This document shows, in pieces, positions 37,861-52,415 of a DNA stretch of 64,000 nt (position 1 is its first letter; every line of letters starts with the position of its first letter). The DNA is from Octopus vulgaris (lineage: Eukaryota), in the NCBI GenBank assembly GCA_951406725.2, contig OX597820.1, positions 23,932,001 to 23,996,000 of the forward strand, written 5' to 3'. The notes beneath the pieces were generated by a model. The model saw nothing but the letters and a program-made list of their open reading frames with translations, made no database searches and had not been told where the DNA came from. Made by a program: the position numbers and the translations under genes.

Positions 37861-39749
37861 ACTGAGTATGACTCTAAAATACATCCGGTGGTGGGACCCT
37901 GGGGCCCTGGTTTCAGGTTTTGAGGAGTGTGGAACCACCTCTTAGCCACTATTGTTCCCAGGTCTACTCTGACCCGGAGTGGTAGCACCTGTAAGGGTTC
38001 CAGCTATGGGTTAACTAGCAAATCCCACTACAACTGGGGTGGGGGCGGTTGAATGCAGTTGCTGTATTCCCTGCGTGGTGTAAGATGCGACTAAAAAGAC
38101 TGGTTAAGATATATTTTATCTTTATTTTTTCAGTTATAGGATCGTGACCATTCAGGGGGTACGACTTTGAAGGGTTTAGTCGAACAAATAGACCCCCAGA
38201 AACTTATTTTTAAAGCTTGGTATCTATTTTATCGATCTCATCTGCTAACCCATTACATTACAGAGACGTAAACAAACTAACACCGGTTGTCCACCGGTGG
38301 GCGACACAAACACGCGCATACACATATACTCTGGGCTTTCTAACAGTTTCCGAGAACCAAATTCACTCATGAGGCATTAGTCAGCCTGGGGTTATAGCTG
38401 AAGACACTTGCTGAAGGGGATGCACAATGGGAATGCACCCGATGACTCGTGCTTGCAAAGCGAGCGTCTTAACCACAGATTCACGTCTGCGCCTGAAAAA
38501 AAAAGGCAAAGTCGAAGGTAGGATTTGAACTTAGAACGTAAAGGTCATAACTAAAGGCTGTTTATATATTAGTCCGGTGCTCTAACGTTTTTGCCTTGGT
38601 AATTTTGGGCTTAAATTTTGGCATAAGGCCAGCAGTTTCGGGAAATGGACAAGTCGATTACTACTTATAGTCAACTGCTACTTATTTTATCAACACCGAA
38701 AGGATGAAAGGCAAAGTTGACCTTGGCGAAATTTGAACTCAGAATGTAAAGACGGACGAAATATCGATAAGCAATTTGTATGACATTGCAAATAACTCTG
38801 CCAGCTCAGTGCCTTAACGTTTTTTGTAATTTTGTCAAAAAAGGAAAAAGATATTATATTGCTGCAAATAAAAAAAAATGAGAACGACAAAAGGAAAAAG
38901 AAAAAATGGATAGCCCTATTAAAACATTCGTAGATCTAAAGTCGAGAACAAAACATTCTGGTAAAGATAATAGTGCAAGTATTTTTTCAGCATCTGATCT
39001 TTTGTTTATATTCTTTGATTCTTTGATGTATTAGGAAAAAATTCGTGAAATCTGCAAGAAATCAAAGATGCCGTTCGTACTTTAGATAAGACATCCATAA
39101 TTTACTCAGTGTTTGTAAGAAAAATGTGCGGAGATAAATGTCAGCGATATAGACACAGATTGTCCCCTTGTCTATCCTTCTTTTTCTCTTTTCCTCCGCT
39201 CCCTCTTTTCTTTCTCTCCTTCCTAGTTATATTAAATAATAGATTTGAAAATTTGGTGCTGTGTTTGAATTAGTCTTTTTACCTTGTATCTTGTAACAAG
39301 TGTTTCATTCCTACGTATGTATTCTTTCCATATTGGGGAAATTTTCTTTTAAAAATTGTGTTTGTTATGGCGCCGAAAGGTGAAGCCTGTCCGACGCGCC
39401 AACAACTCAGTTCTGACCTCACCACCACCATCACCACCACTAATGCCACCATCAATATGACCTTCATCATCTTCCTCATTCGCGTTATTACCTTATCCTC
39501 CTCCTCCTCCTCTGCTGTCCTCCTGTCCTCCTGCTCCTGCTGTCCTCCTGTCCTCCTCCGCTCCGCTCCCCTCCCCTCCTCATCGTCCTCCTGTAACCCC
39601 ACCTCTTCTCTTTCCATTTCTTCGTTGCTTTTTCTTCTTGTACATTTTTGAAAGTTACAAAATTGTGCTTTAAAAAATATTTAAAATTAATTTTAATGTT
39701 GGAACATTATTTTATTCCAGTCATGTGTGTACCATTTAAAAAAAAATTC

Positions 39750-40450
39750 GCATTTCTGGTATATAGATATCTCTGTCGTCTGTATTTTTCTTTTTACCAG
39801 CTTGTGTTTCCTGAAGACAGAATTCCTCCCTCACGATCGCTGCTTTCAACCTCGACGTGTAGTTGTTCATTGCGTTCTATCTGGAATTGGTCTGTATTGT
39901 TTTGCATGTTTATATGGACTGTCTGAAACAGGAGCTCAATGTTTGATCGCAATCAGTTCTTTTGACAAGACATCTTATCATTAGATATCTCTCCCAGATT
40001 CTTATATGTCTCCTATCAGACCAATACAGACTCGCCTCTGGTAGCACGTTTTACATTGCTCATTTGTGAGCATGCTTTCCCTTCTAGAAGGGATTGAGGG
40101 AGTGTTTCCCGCTTACATCTGAAGCAATACAGGTTTGCCGTCCTCATCCGTGTGGGAGCGAATTTCCACATATGCTTGCTGTTTTCATTTTACCAGTTAT
40201 TCGAGGTTACCCTACACTACCTTAAGCACTTCTCTGTTTGATCCAGTGAAAGTTCTTGTCCTATCTAGTTAGCTTAGATTACGTATCAGTAGGTATTGAT
40301 CCTCGGTTTTCGTTCTATTCATCCCAAGATTAATATAACACCTTCTTTAGGGACAATTATTCTTGCTCTTCTCTACATCTGCCCCAAGCTTGTGGTGAAG
40401 AGATCTGCTTACAGACACTTGTAAATTTGGCAGGAGGGCTTGCCTTTCCG
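39750..40450 (-). mobile_element. Heavily decayed LINE (ORF1 end and start of AP-endonuclease)
   Basis: Minus-strand FCLQET motif near 39810; traces of Cys/His knuckles upstream. Confidence 0.35.
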
Positions 40451-40465
40451 TTACTGTAATTTCAA

Positions 40466-40697
40466 GGCGGCGAGCTGGCAGAAACGTTAGCACGTCGGGC
40501 GAAATTCTTAGCAGTATTTCGTCTGCCGCTACGTTCTGAGTTCAAATTCCGCCGAGGTCGACTTTGCCTTTCATCCTTTCGGGGTCGATTAAATAAGTAC
40601 CAGTTACGCACTGGGGTCGATATAATCGACTTAATCCGTTTGTCTGTCTTTGTTTGTCCCTTCTGTGTTTAGCCATTTGTGTGTAGTAAAGAAATAG
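40466..40697 (+). mobile_element. SINE family C monomer
   Basis: Complete match to the 23985 copy. Confidence 0.9.
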
Positions 40698-42253
40698 GTT
40701 TTGTTTTTACTGCTATTGTTGCAGATACTGTTGCTATCAATGAAATGGTCACGCTACCATCACTGCCTTTCAAACTTCTGTTGATGGTAATCGTAACAGT
40801 CTCTCCACCAATACATCTCCACCAGTAACACCACGACCACACCACCAGCTATATCTCTATTACAACAGCATGAAGAGCTAACGTCGAACACAGTGGTATT
40901 ATTAGAGTTGCTGGTTGTGATGGCGGTGTTGATTGTAGTGATGCGGTTTTAAGTGGTAGGAATGGTGGCGCTGCCGATGGTATTGGTGCTGCTGGAAGCA
41001 AAAATAGAGCTGCTGTTTTTTTTCTGTTTGCGTAGCAAATTGATTTTCCATGTTGTCAGCGTTGGAGGTGTTGATGCTGGAGAGAGAAGCAATAGTGGTT
41101 TTCCTGGCATTTGAATCAGAGGTCCCCATGACCACCCCTTACTACAGCCACATGCTGGTTTGTTACTACTAAGCAGACATCACTCGCATGTCTGTGTGTG
41201 CTCGTAACTTCCTCTTTACTGGTACTCTCCGTTGGCTTCAGACTGTTTCAATGTTTCTTTTGCAAAACAAATACTTTTACCAAATTTCACCCCTACCCTA
41301 CAAAAACACAAACAAACAAAAAACTAGATTTGATGTCCTTCATTGGAGCAAGAAGCGGAACTGACTGCTTCTCCACACTCCTGCTGAATCTTGCAACAAT
41401 ATAAACCAGCAACAAAAAACTCTGTCAAGCAAAATTAACAATAATTCAAGAAAACTTACACAGCGGTAAATTAGCATGGAATTCAAAATCGAAAACAGAT
41501 AATAATAATGATGATGAGGAATATGATGATGACGATGATTAATAATAATGATAATAATAACAATAATGTCGATGATGATGATAATGATGTTGATGATTAA
41601 AATAATAATGATGATAAAATAATGATAAAAATAATACTACAATTGATGATGGTAAAAATAATGTCACTACAACAACAACTACCACTACTACTACTGCTGC
41701 TACTGCTGCTACTACTACTGCCGCTGCTACTACTACTGCTTCTGCTACTACTACTACCACTACTTTTACTAGTTATTGTAGCAAAAAAAAAAAACAAACA
41801 AACAATGGAATGATATGAAAGATATCGAAGTTATAAACAAATTAAGAAATTAATGAAACGGAAAACTTTTTTTTTTATTAAAAAAAAATGATTATTAAAC
41901 AACTAGACAAATTGATAGTTTTAATTATTCATCTCCAACTTGATTATAATTTATAATTATTGATTGGAATTACATTTTATTATTGTCAATATGTTTTCAT
42001 TTAAAACATTTCAAAACTAAATTAAAACAAAAACAAATAAAAGCAAAAATGTAAACAATTAAAAAAAAATTGAAACCGTCATTCAGATTTGTTTAAGCAT
42101 TAATTTATAAAGACGAATTCGATATGTTTTTAGATTATGTTACTGTAGGGTATATGCACTATGTCTTTTATTGATTTCAGTCATCTGATTGCGGCCATAC
42201 TGGGGCAATACCATCATGTGCTTTAATCGATTCCGTCTCCAGTAATTTCCGTT

Positions 42254-42614
42254 ACCGTGTATACTTGCACCAGTAGATAGGTGGTACCCTTAGTTTGGGG
42301 TTGTCAAAGTAGGTATTTGCTGTTGACTCGCAGATAGGTCGGACTATAATCTGGTGGGTTACATGACACCTTTTTTATCGTAAATATAACTAATATTTGA
42401 ATAGATGTTGTCAAGAAGACAATGCGCAGACTTCCGGTTTCCGCTTTCTAGTAAGCAGACATCACAAAAATGTTTCCATTAACAACTTGAAAACTGAAAA
42501 ACTCAGGCCAAGGGTGCGCGCCTGGACTACTGATACGCCGCCGTTTACTTCATATCTCTGTGGTTTTGAGTGGATAGGTCGCACCCTTGATTTTTATCCG
42601 CGAGTATATTACAG
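42254..42614. mobile_element. Possible pogo/Tc2-type MITE
   Basis: Ends taccgtgtatacttgc... and ...ccgcgagtatattacagt are degenerate inverted repeats. Confidence 0.4.
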
Positions 42615-43719
42615 TTCTTGTTTTGTCTCTCCTATCGAGAAAGAAAGGCAGCGTCAATCGGAGACGAAAAGGGGAATAAGCGAGAAGAAACTAAACAATA
42701 CGAGGTATTATTTGTTCAAGACATCATTTCTGGAATCTCCTGCTGATACATACAGCTCATCATATACAGAAGTTGAAATGGTTCTACTCGGGAAACTGAA
42801 CTAAGTAACCAATCAGATCACTTGCTACCATTCACTACAATATACAGATGTTGGGTAATGTGTGTGCACACGCACACATACACGTATACAGACACAGAAA
42901 TTTGAATAAATACATACTGGTAGACAGATGCCAACATCCAGTGACTGTTATTTCTGCGGCAGACAAATCTTCCTAAAATTACATTCCCTTCTCAGTTGTT
43001 TTAAAAAGATCTTTGGATAATGCACTTTTTAATATACAAAAATACAGAGCAGCCGTGGTTACGTCACATACTGGTTGAAACTGATAACAGTTTCTGAGCA
43101 GTCGCTTGAACTGCTAGAAACCTCAACCAAACCTTCCTAAATTATGTATCCGACAGCCTTAAAAAAAGGAAGGATAGATACCAGCCAGTGAGTGGTAACT
43201 TGAACAGCTAAAAATGCAACAAAATATCCCTCAAATTTCATACATGATAGTCTTCAAAAGGAAGGACGTATTGGGAAATGTGCTCCACGAACACCTTTTA
43301 CCACCAGATTTACTCCACCATGGCTAAAACGAAGCTTAACAACAACAATTGTATATTATACATAACATATTAAATCAAACTAATTTGTTTAACGTCCGGA
43401 CTTCCTTCCCTTCTACAGCGCTCGTACGAGGTAGTGAAAGTATTTAAGAAAAAAATCGCAAGACATTGTTTTATAAACTGACTTAAAACACCCTCAGAAA
43501 GAGAGAGGGGAGAGAGAGAGAGAAAGAAAGAGAAAAAGAAAGAGGAGTTGAGTGGGGAAGATGAAGGAATTAACTGGAATAAAAAATTATGGCATCGAAC
43601 TACAGAAATGTATAGCTCTCTAAGATATACACTTCTATAAAATCGTATGTTTCAGCATTATCGAAAGACCCTATGCTTACATCAAAGAAAACCTCCACGC
43701 CAGGACTATTGGTCTAGGT

Positions 43720-44081
43720 CAGTGGTTCTCAAACATGGAATCCTTTGGTTCCTATTTTACTCTTCTGGACCCCCATGTTAAAAAAAGTCATATTATATTT
43801 TTAATACTGTTGTGTTACATTATAAGGCACAAAAAGAAAATGACTCTCCCCCGACACAACAGAATATGCTTCAACACACGAACTCATATAAAGAATCTTG
43901 CAAACCAAATCCAAAACCGAAATATATTTTTATAATTAAATATTATTGGGAATTGTACTTAGAAATTGTTAAAATATTTTGCATATTGAAGATGTAAAAC
44001 CAATTTATTGCACATAAATTTTAACAACAAAATTTTATATGGAACCTCAAGGGTCATATGGACCCCGGTTGAGAACCAATG
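43720..44081. mobile_element. hAT (Charlie-like) MITE
   Basis: TIRs cagtggttctcaa / ttgagaaccaatg; 8-bp TSD gtctaggt / atctaagt. Confidence 0.85.
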
Positions 44082-44939
44082 ATCTAAGTGGAATCCTAAA
44101 ATTCAGTCTTTATGTCGTGTTTTAACTTCTATATCATGTATCACGTGATGTAAAATCGAGCGAATTCTAGTGATTTACTTTATAATACTTACAAGATCAA
44201 CAGATAACAGTCTACAATGTCAAACTGGGTAAATCTAGCCTTGTTATAACTAACTTTACTGTGCTAAGCTTTGACTGCGTTACCTCATAAGGTCAAGTTA
44301 CTAGTTTCCTTGATACTATTATTAATCTTAAGGTACGTCTTAGTTACGGATATCGTGTTTCTACCAGCTTGTGATTCGTGAGTCAATTCCTGACAGATAT
44401 TTAATCGTCTCATATGAGTCGGACATTTCATTCTATAGATCAGTTGACTGACAGGAATGGAAACCAGAATATTTGAGAGAGTTACTTGTCATAGACTGAC
44501 TTCCTTTCTAGTTGAAAATTTGTCGAACTGCATGAATACCTGCAAATCAAAAATGAAGCCCTGAATGCCGTAAAAAGAAAAGAAAAAAAAGAACTATTGT
44601 CGATGTATATCGCCATAGAAGGCCGCAGTGTGGAACCCTTAGAGTGTTCGACAAAGCGCTGCAAGGTATTTTGTTTTCGTCCCTTAATTATAATGGCAAT
44701 AGTGGGAATGGTATTAACAGTGTAGGCGAAGAACACTCTTCGTTTTAATGATGATGGGGATGGTTTTGGTGAATGACAATGCTTGGAGGGGGTTATTGTT
44801 GTTTGTCAAGGAGAATAATGGTGTTGATAGAAATGGTGGTGATGGTGGCAGTGAATAAGGCTGATGGTGTTACTGGTATTTGTGAGAAGGAGGCTGATGA
44901 CATTGATGACGATGGAGGTTATGGTGGTAATAATATTGA

Positions 44940-46280
44940 ATTCAAATTTTGGCACAAGGCCAGTGATTTCGGGGAAGAGGTTAGTCGCTTACAGCGACCC
45001 CAGTGTTCAATAGGTACTTATTTTATTGACCACGAGAAGATGAAAGACAGAGCATTTGAACCCGGCGGCATTTGAACTCAGAATGTAAAGGCAGAAGAAA
45101 TACCACTAACAATTTTTTTCCGGCGCGGTAATGATTCTTATTTCTTTATTGCCCACAAGTGGCTAAGCATAGACGGGACAAACAAGGACAGACAAACGGA
45201 TTACATCGATCCCAGTGCGTAACTGGTACTTAATTTATCGACCCCGAAAGGATGAAAGGCAAAGTTGACCTCGGCGGAATTTGAACTCAGAACGTAGTGG
45301 CAGACGAAATACCTATTTCTTTACTACCCACAAGGAGCTAAGCAGAGAGGGGACAAACAAGGACAGACAAACGGATTAAGTGAGTGGTGGCGATCTCTGT
45401 TGTACTCTTTCGCCCGAACTTTCTCTCACTCTTTCTTCCTGTTTCTTGAGTAACGCTGCGATGGACTGGAGTCCCGTCCAGCTGGGGGTAACACATACGC
45501 CACAGAAACCGGGAAATCGGGTCCATGAGCCTGGCTAGGCTTGAAAAGGGCGCATAAATAAATAAATTTCGCCCGGCGTGCTAACGTTTCTGCCAGCTCG
45601 CCGCCTTCATGGTTATAATAATATTTGGCCTCAAAATTTGGCACGATACCAGTAATATTAAGAGAGATGGTAATTCGTTTATATCGACTCCAGTACTCAA
45701 CTGGTACTTATTTTATCGGTCCCGAAAGAATAAAAGGCAGAGTCGACCGCGGCGGAATTTGAACTCAGAACGTAAAGATGGAAGAAATGTCGCTAAGCAT
45801 TTTGTCCTGTGTGCTAACTAATCGGCCAGCTCACCACCTTACATTATTATATTATTGATTTCAAATTTTGGCACAAGGCCAGCAATTTTGAGGGAGAGGA
45901 TAAGTCGATTACATCGACCCCATTGTTCAACAGGTACTTATTTTATCGACCCCCCAAAAGGATGAAAAAAAATCAGCCTCGGAGTAATTTGAACTCAGAA
46001 TGTAAAACCAGAACCATGTAAAACCATGAAGAAATGTCGCTAAGTACTTTTCCGGCGCAGTAACAATTCTTTCCTACTCTAGGCACAAGGCCTGAAATTT
46101 TGGGGGAGGGGGCCAGTCGATTAAATCAACCCCAGTACAGAACTGGTACTTAATTTATCGACCTCCGAAAGGATGAAAGGCAAAGTCGACCTCGGCGGAA
46201 TTTGAACTCAGAACGAAAAGACAAACGAAATACTGCTTAGTATTTCGCCCGGTGCAGTAACGATTCTGCCAGCTCGTCAC
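44940..46280 (-). mobile_element. Dense cluster of about six SINE family C units plus a nested D/A-type 3' part (~45381-45560, +)
   Basis: Repeated atttgaactcagaa and gaaaggcaaagtcgacc motifs. Confidence 0.85.
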
Positions 46281-46313
46281 CGCGGTGGTAATAACGATAT
46301 TAATGTTAGTAAA

Positions 46314-46752
46314 GTGGAAGCACATGGTCTAGTGGTTAGAGCAGCGAATTCGCGTTCGAGGGTGAATGTAGCAAGGATGGCACGTATGAATGACGAAGCC
46401 ACCTTGAGCATAATCCTATGAACCCGAAAAAATTTAAAACAGAGTTACTTACTTGCAAATAAATGTGTTAACATGTGAAATTATTGACCGAGGTTACCGT
46501 GGTATTTTCCGTAGGCTTTTCTTTCCTCGCATAAACCTTATCTGCTCCCCCCTTTACACTTTACATCATGACATGACATTTCTGTGATACACGATCCCTA
46601 TTGATCGCTTTCTTTCTTTCTTTTTTTTCTTCTTTCCCTTTTACGATCCCTTTTGATCGAAAACCTACCCCATTTTTTTTCTCTCCAAAAAGAAAAGCTC
46701 TACTTTGTAATTTGTCCCGTCTGTGCTCAGCCCTGTGTGGCTAATAAAGAAA
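46314..46752 (+). mobile_element. Chimera: SINE-D head (46314-46360) fused to a probable L1/Tx1-like LINE 3' end
   Basis: Short frame VNVARMARMNDEATLSIIL* (46362-46421), long 3'UTR, end ttgtcccgtctgtgctcagccctgtgtggctaataaagaaa, then (ATCT)n. Confidence 0.55.
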
Positions 46753-46754
46753 CA

Positions 46755-46840
<86 letters not shown>

Positions 46841-46895
46841 CCTACCTACCTATCTATCTACCTATCTATCTACCTACCTATCCATCCATCCATCC

Positions 46896-46926
<31 letters not shown>

Positions 46927-47019
46927 GACTACCACTTTCTTCAAAAGGTTTGCAGTTTCATGTTCATCATCATCGTCATCGACATCTTGTCATTACTACT
47001 ACTACTACTACTACTACTA

Positions 47020-47149
<130 letters not shown>

Positions 47150-47163
47150 CACTACTACTGCTG

Positions 47164-47217
<54 letters not shown>

Positions 47218-47593
47218 GAACTGCAATCCGAATGAGGTCAGTCTTTTTCTTTTATCTTTAGGGGATCGATATATAGCCGACGAGTTACTGTGGATCGATT
47301 TCATTGACTATACCCTTTCCGTCCACCAATGCGTGTGGTCATGTGACTCAGAAAGCAAGATATTTCACAAGACACTTGCCTTTTCATTCCGGTTCCTTGA
47401 AGTCATTTTTTGCTTTTAGATCAAATGCTACATTAAACAAACTAATGTTATTGAATTCCAAATATAACACAGGGCATAGGAATATCTAAGATATATATAT
47501 ATATATATATATGTATGTATATATATATATATATATATGTATATATTTGTATGTATGTATATATATATATATATATATGTATATATTTGTATG

Positions 47594-47632
<39 letters not shown>

Positions 47633-47671
47633 TTGTATGTATGTATATATATATATATATTTGTATGTATG

Positions 47672-47702
<31 letters not shown>

Positions 47703-47883
47703 GTATATATATATATGTATATATATATATATGTATATATATATATGTATATATATATATGTATATATGTATATATGTATATATATATGTATATATATAT
47801 ATATATATATATACATATATATACACACACACAGATATATATTTGTCAATATATATGTACATGTATATATGTGTATGTAAGTA

Positions 47884-48262
47884 TATATATATGTATGCAC
47901 ACGCACACATATACTTACATACGCCCGCGTTGCAACACCCACGTACCGTTCACATACATTATATGTATATACATACATAAAAATACATATATTGCATGTA
48001 TGTATATATATATATGTATGCACACGCACACATATACTTACATACGCCCGCGTTGCAACACCCACGTACCGTTCACATACATTATATGTATATACATACA
48101 TAAAAATACATATATTGCATGTATGTATATATATATATGTATGCACACGCACACATATACTTACATACGCCCGCGTTGCAACACCCACGTACCGTTCACA
48201 TACATTATTTGTATATACATACATAAAAATATATATATTGCATGTATGTATATATATATATA
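47884..48262. repeat. Tandem repeat, 123-bp unit x3
   Basis: gcacacgcacacatatacttacatacgcccgcgttgcaacacccacgtaccgttc starts at 47897, 48020 and 48143. Confidence 0.95.
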
Positions 48263-48331
48263 TGCATGCATAAATATATGTATATATGTATATATATATA
48301 TACATACATACTTACATACATACTTACATAC

Positions 48332-48416
<85 letters not shown>

Positions 48417-48429
48417 TATATATATATAT

Positions 48430-49900
48430 TTGTTTTGAAGACATCTACATCTATTCCATGTAGGTCACTCGGGTCCTTCGGGAGGATACTGAAGAGCTAT
48501 GGGCCTTTGTATCCCAAGCTATTGCAATATCTGACTTCGTATTTTGATGGCAAGGGTGGAATCTTTGGTACTATGCAATGGCGTTCTGTTTTGGTGTTAA
48601 GCCAAAAGTTTGGGACAACACGTTCCAAGATCTTTAAGATGTATATTACAGTATATCCTTCCCGCCATCTTCCTGAAAGTAGCGTCTTAACCTCTCGAGT
48701 CTTTCCCAGTAGCTAATCTTGGCAAAAATAGACAATCCTGCGACGTACCGGCGTCCCGTCCAGGTGTGGAATCTGGAAACCTGGACTCGGGAAGAAACTA
48801 GTAGAGGCGCGTGGCTTAGTGGCTAGGGTGTTGGATTCACGATCGTAAGATTGTGGTTTCGATTCCTGGACCGGGCGACCGTTCTGTTCTTGAGCAAAAC
48901 ACTTCATTTCACGTTGCCCCAGTCCATTCAGCTGGCAAAAATGAGTAATCCTCCGACGGACAGACATCCCATCCCCATGAAACCAGTAAGCCGGCCCTTA
49001 TGAATCGGCATGTGCCGAGAAGGTAACACTTTACCTTATAGCTAATCTGCTACATTTTCGTGAAACTTCGTTGGATTGTCTTAAGTTTTGCTATTAAGTT
49101 TATGCTATGTGGTGACTCTATTATTGGGTGACTATAACAATCAAAACAGCGTAAGATAAATGTCTTGAAGGAGACCATCATGATTTTTTGATCTCTTTTT
49201 CTGAAAGTTGTAAGAATTCATCCGGCCAGCTGCCCGCATTTGATTCCAACTTATTAATATGCACCAGAAGGCGGCGAGCTGGCAGAATCGTTAGGACACC
49301 GGGTGAAATGCTTAGCGGTATTTCGTCTGCCGTTACATTTTGAGTTCAAATTCCGCCGAGGTCGACTTTGCCTTTCATCCTTTCGGGGTCGATAAATTAA
49401 GTACCAGTTACGCACTGGGGTCGATGTAATCAGTTTGTCCGCCCTTGTTTGTCCCCTCTGTGTTTAGCCCCATGTGGGTAGTAAAGAAATAGGTATTTCG
49501 TCTGCCGTTACGTTCTGAGTTCAAATTCCGCCGAGGTCGACTTTGCCTTTCATTCTTTCGGGGTCGATAAATTAAGTACCAGTTACGCATTGGGGTCGAT
49601 ATAATCGACTTAATCCGTTTGTCTGTCCTTGTTTGTCATCTCTGTGTTTAGTCCCTTGTGGGTAGTAAAGAAATAGTAATATGCATCAGTACCCATGTCC
49701 ATGTCCAGGCCAATGACTGATTGTGATTCTGGGACTGCAGTTCTTTCCGGTCCAGTGTATTTTGTCTTCATTACATTTAACTTCGTCAGCTGATAGCGTA
49801 GGGATGGGAACTTTCTAGTATTGAACTGCTTGTTATTATTTTCAGACCATTTGTATATTGCACCTATTTGTATATCGCTGCAGGTGTCAGTATGTTTATG
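48430..49900 (-). mobile_element. Decayed CR1-like LINE interrupted by SINE A (~48802-49035) and a SINE C dimer (49270-49676)
   Basis: AIYKWSENNNKQFNTRKF; ILTTFRKRD...IQRSFTK; [12 protein letters not shown]...GP*LFSILPK...DVFK. Confidence 0.75.
49270..49676 (+). mobile_element. SINE family C tandem dimer with TSD
   Basis: taatatgcaccag / taatatgcatcag flanks. Confidence 0.9.
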
Positions 49901-50088
49901 CATATAAATGTTAGATTAATGGATTAAGGCAGAAGTAAAAAGTGGACAAAGTAAATGGAGGGACATAAAGAAAACCATTAAAGTTAACTACATAAAGAAG
50001 CCATCTTGAACACACGCGTAAAAGTGCTTACAGAAGTATACGGGTATGTATGTACGTACGTACGTATGTATGTATGTATAAAATCGAC

Positions 50089-50149
<61 letters not shown>

Positions 50150-50517
50150 CCTCTCTCTCTATATATATATATCTCTCTCCCTCTCTCTATCTACCTATAT
50201 TCGTACTTAGTAATGTAGCGTAAAGAGTGACATAGACACAAGACTAATTCGTGTACTTAAAAATACATTTGTGGACTTAGAAGTAAATATCAGAAACCTG
50301 CAGAAATAGTTATAGAAGTATGGACAGCTAAGAAACATTTCCATCGTAGATTTTGGCTAAAAGCTATTTAATTGTTGATCAACCGTTCTGTTAAATAGAA
50401 GGGGAAATGCTGAAACTAAAAGTATTTTAGAACAATCAGAAAAAACAACAGTAAACTAACAAACTTATTGTATTAATGACTTGTTTTACTATTTCTACCG
50501 CAAATATAGTTATAAAT

Positions 50518-50916
50518 AACCCTTTCTACTGGAAGCACAAGGTCTCAAATTTGTGCAGAGGGGACTAGTCAATCACATCGACCCCAGTGTTTCACTGGTG
50601 CTTAATTTATCGATTGCGAAAGGATGAAAGGCCAAGTCAATCTAGGCAGAATTTGAACTCGGAACGCAGCGACGAGCGAAATACCTATTTCTTTATTACC
50701 CTCAAGGGGCTAAACATAGAGGGGACAAACAAGGACATACATAGGTATTAAGTCGATTACATCGACCCCAGTGCGTAACTGGTACTTAATTTATCGACCC
50801 CGAAAGGATGAAAGGCAAAGTCGACCTCGGCAGAATTTGAACTCAGAACGTAACGTAGACGAAATACCGCTTAGCATTTTGCCTGGCGTGCTAACGACTC
50901 TGCCAGCTCGCTGCCT
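50518..50916 (-). mobile_element. SINE family C tandem
   Basis: Junction gaaatacctatttcttt near 50678. Confidence 0.85.
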
Positions 50917-51644
50917 TAAAAAAAACAAAACAAAACTCATAAATAATGTAGGCGCATTTGAATGGTCACTCTGCATGCTAAGAATAGCAGCCAAATTTGT
51001 TTCAAATCACACACTGATGTGTTTAAAAAAAAGGGATACTTAGGGTTCTTTAACCTTTTGTGTCTTACTTGTCTCAGTCATGCTAGGGCACCGCCTTGAA
51101 GTACTTATTATTGATTTGAAGCCCAATACTTATTTTATCGATCTTTTACCGAACCGCTAATAAACGTGGACATAAACATACGAACACCGTTTGTTACGCG
51201 GTGGGGCGGGGGACAAACACAAACACACACACACATACATATATATATATAACGGGCTTCTTTCCGTTTCCATCTACCAAATCCACTCACAAGGCTTTGG
51301 TCGGCCCGGCGCTATAGTAGAAGACACCCAAGGTGCCAGCAGTGGGACTGAACCCGGAACCCTGTGGTTGGTAAGTAAGCTACTTACCACACAGCCACTC
51401 CTGTGCCTATGAGCCACTCTTGCGATGTATATAAAACAATCTTACTGTATTTTTATAATTAAATATAAGGAATTGTTTAAAAAAAAATGAAAATAGTTTG
51501 TGTATTGTAGATGTATAAACAAGAAAATCCTACATGGACCCCCACCCCCAAGAGCCATGTGAATCTCATGAGTTAATGTGGAAGCCTCAGTATGGTCGCA
51601 GGACCTTTTAGAAATAGCAGTTAAACCTCCCTCGAATCACACCC

Positions 51645-52183
51645 TCTTTTACTCTTTTACATGTTTCAGTCATGTGACTGACCATGCTGGAGCACCGCCT
51701 TTAGTCGAGCAAATCAACTACAGGACTTATTCTTTGTAAGCCTAGTACTTATTCTATCGGTGTCTTTTGCCGAACCGTTAAGTTACGGGGATGTAAACAC
51801 ACCAGCATCGATTGTCAAGCGATGTTGGGGGGACAAATATAAAGGAGCACTCCGTCGGTTGCGACGACGAGGGTCTCAGCTGATATGATCAACGGAACAG
51901 CTTGCTCGTGAAATTAACGTGTAAGTGGCTGAGCACTCCACATATACGTGTACCCTTAACGTAGTTCTTGGGGAGATTCAGTGTGAGACTGTGTGACAAG
52001 GCTGGCTCTTTGAAATACAGGTACTACTCATTTTTGCCAGCTGAGTGGACTGGAACGACGTGAAATAAAGTGTCTTGCTCAAGGACACAACGCGCCGCCG
52101 GGAATTGAACTCACGACCATGCGATTATGAGCAGAATGCCCCTAACCACAAAGCCACGCGCCTTCACGCGAGGGACAAACATA

Positions 52184-52225
<42 letters not shown>

Positions 52226-52415
52226 CACACATATATATATATACATATATACGACGGGCTTCTTTTAGTTTCCGTCTACCAAATCCACTCACAAGGCTTT
52301 AGTCGGCACGAGGCTGTAGTAGAAGACACTTGCCCAAGGTGCCACGCAGTGGGACTGAACCCGGAACCATGTGGCTGGTAAGCAAGCTACTTACCATACA
52401 GCCACTCCTGCGCCT
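51645..52415 (-). mobile_element. SINE family B with nested SINE family A (51840-52170)
   Basis: gggacaaatata / gggacaaacata duplicated around the A copy. Confidence 0.85.

Noticed and set aside
40902-41135. 77-aa S/T/Q/H-rich ORF on the minus strand
   Set aside because: It lies in decayed trinucleotide repeats, with no clear splice signals or recognisable domain.
42397-42804. 135-aa ORF and an ETS-like acttccgg motif
   Set aside because: Non-ATG start, overlap with a probable MITE, no recognisable domain, and one motif is not enough to call a promoter.
47884-48262. Regular repeats suggestive of a CRISPR array
   Set aside because: Whole units are duplicated with no unique spacers, there are no cas genes, and the context is eukaryotic.
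47511-48716. 401-aa ORF, the longest in the track
   Set aside because: Composed of microsatellite, the 123-bp tandem repeat and the antisense of a CR1 fragment.
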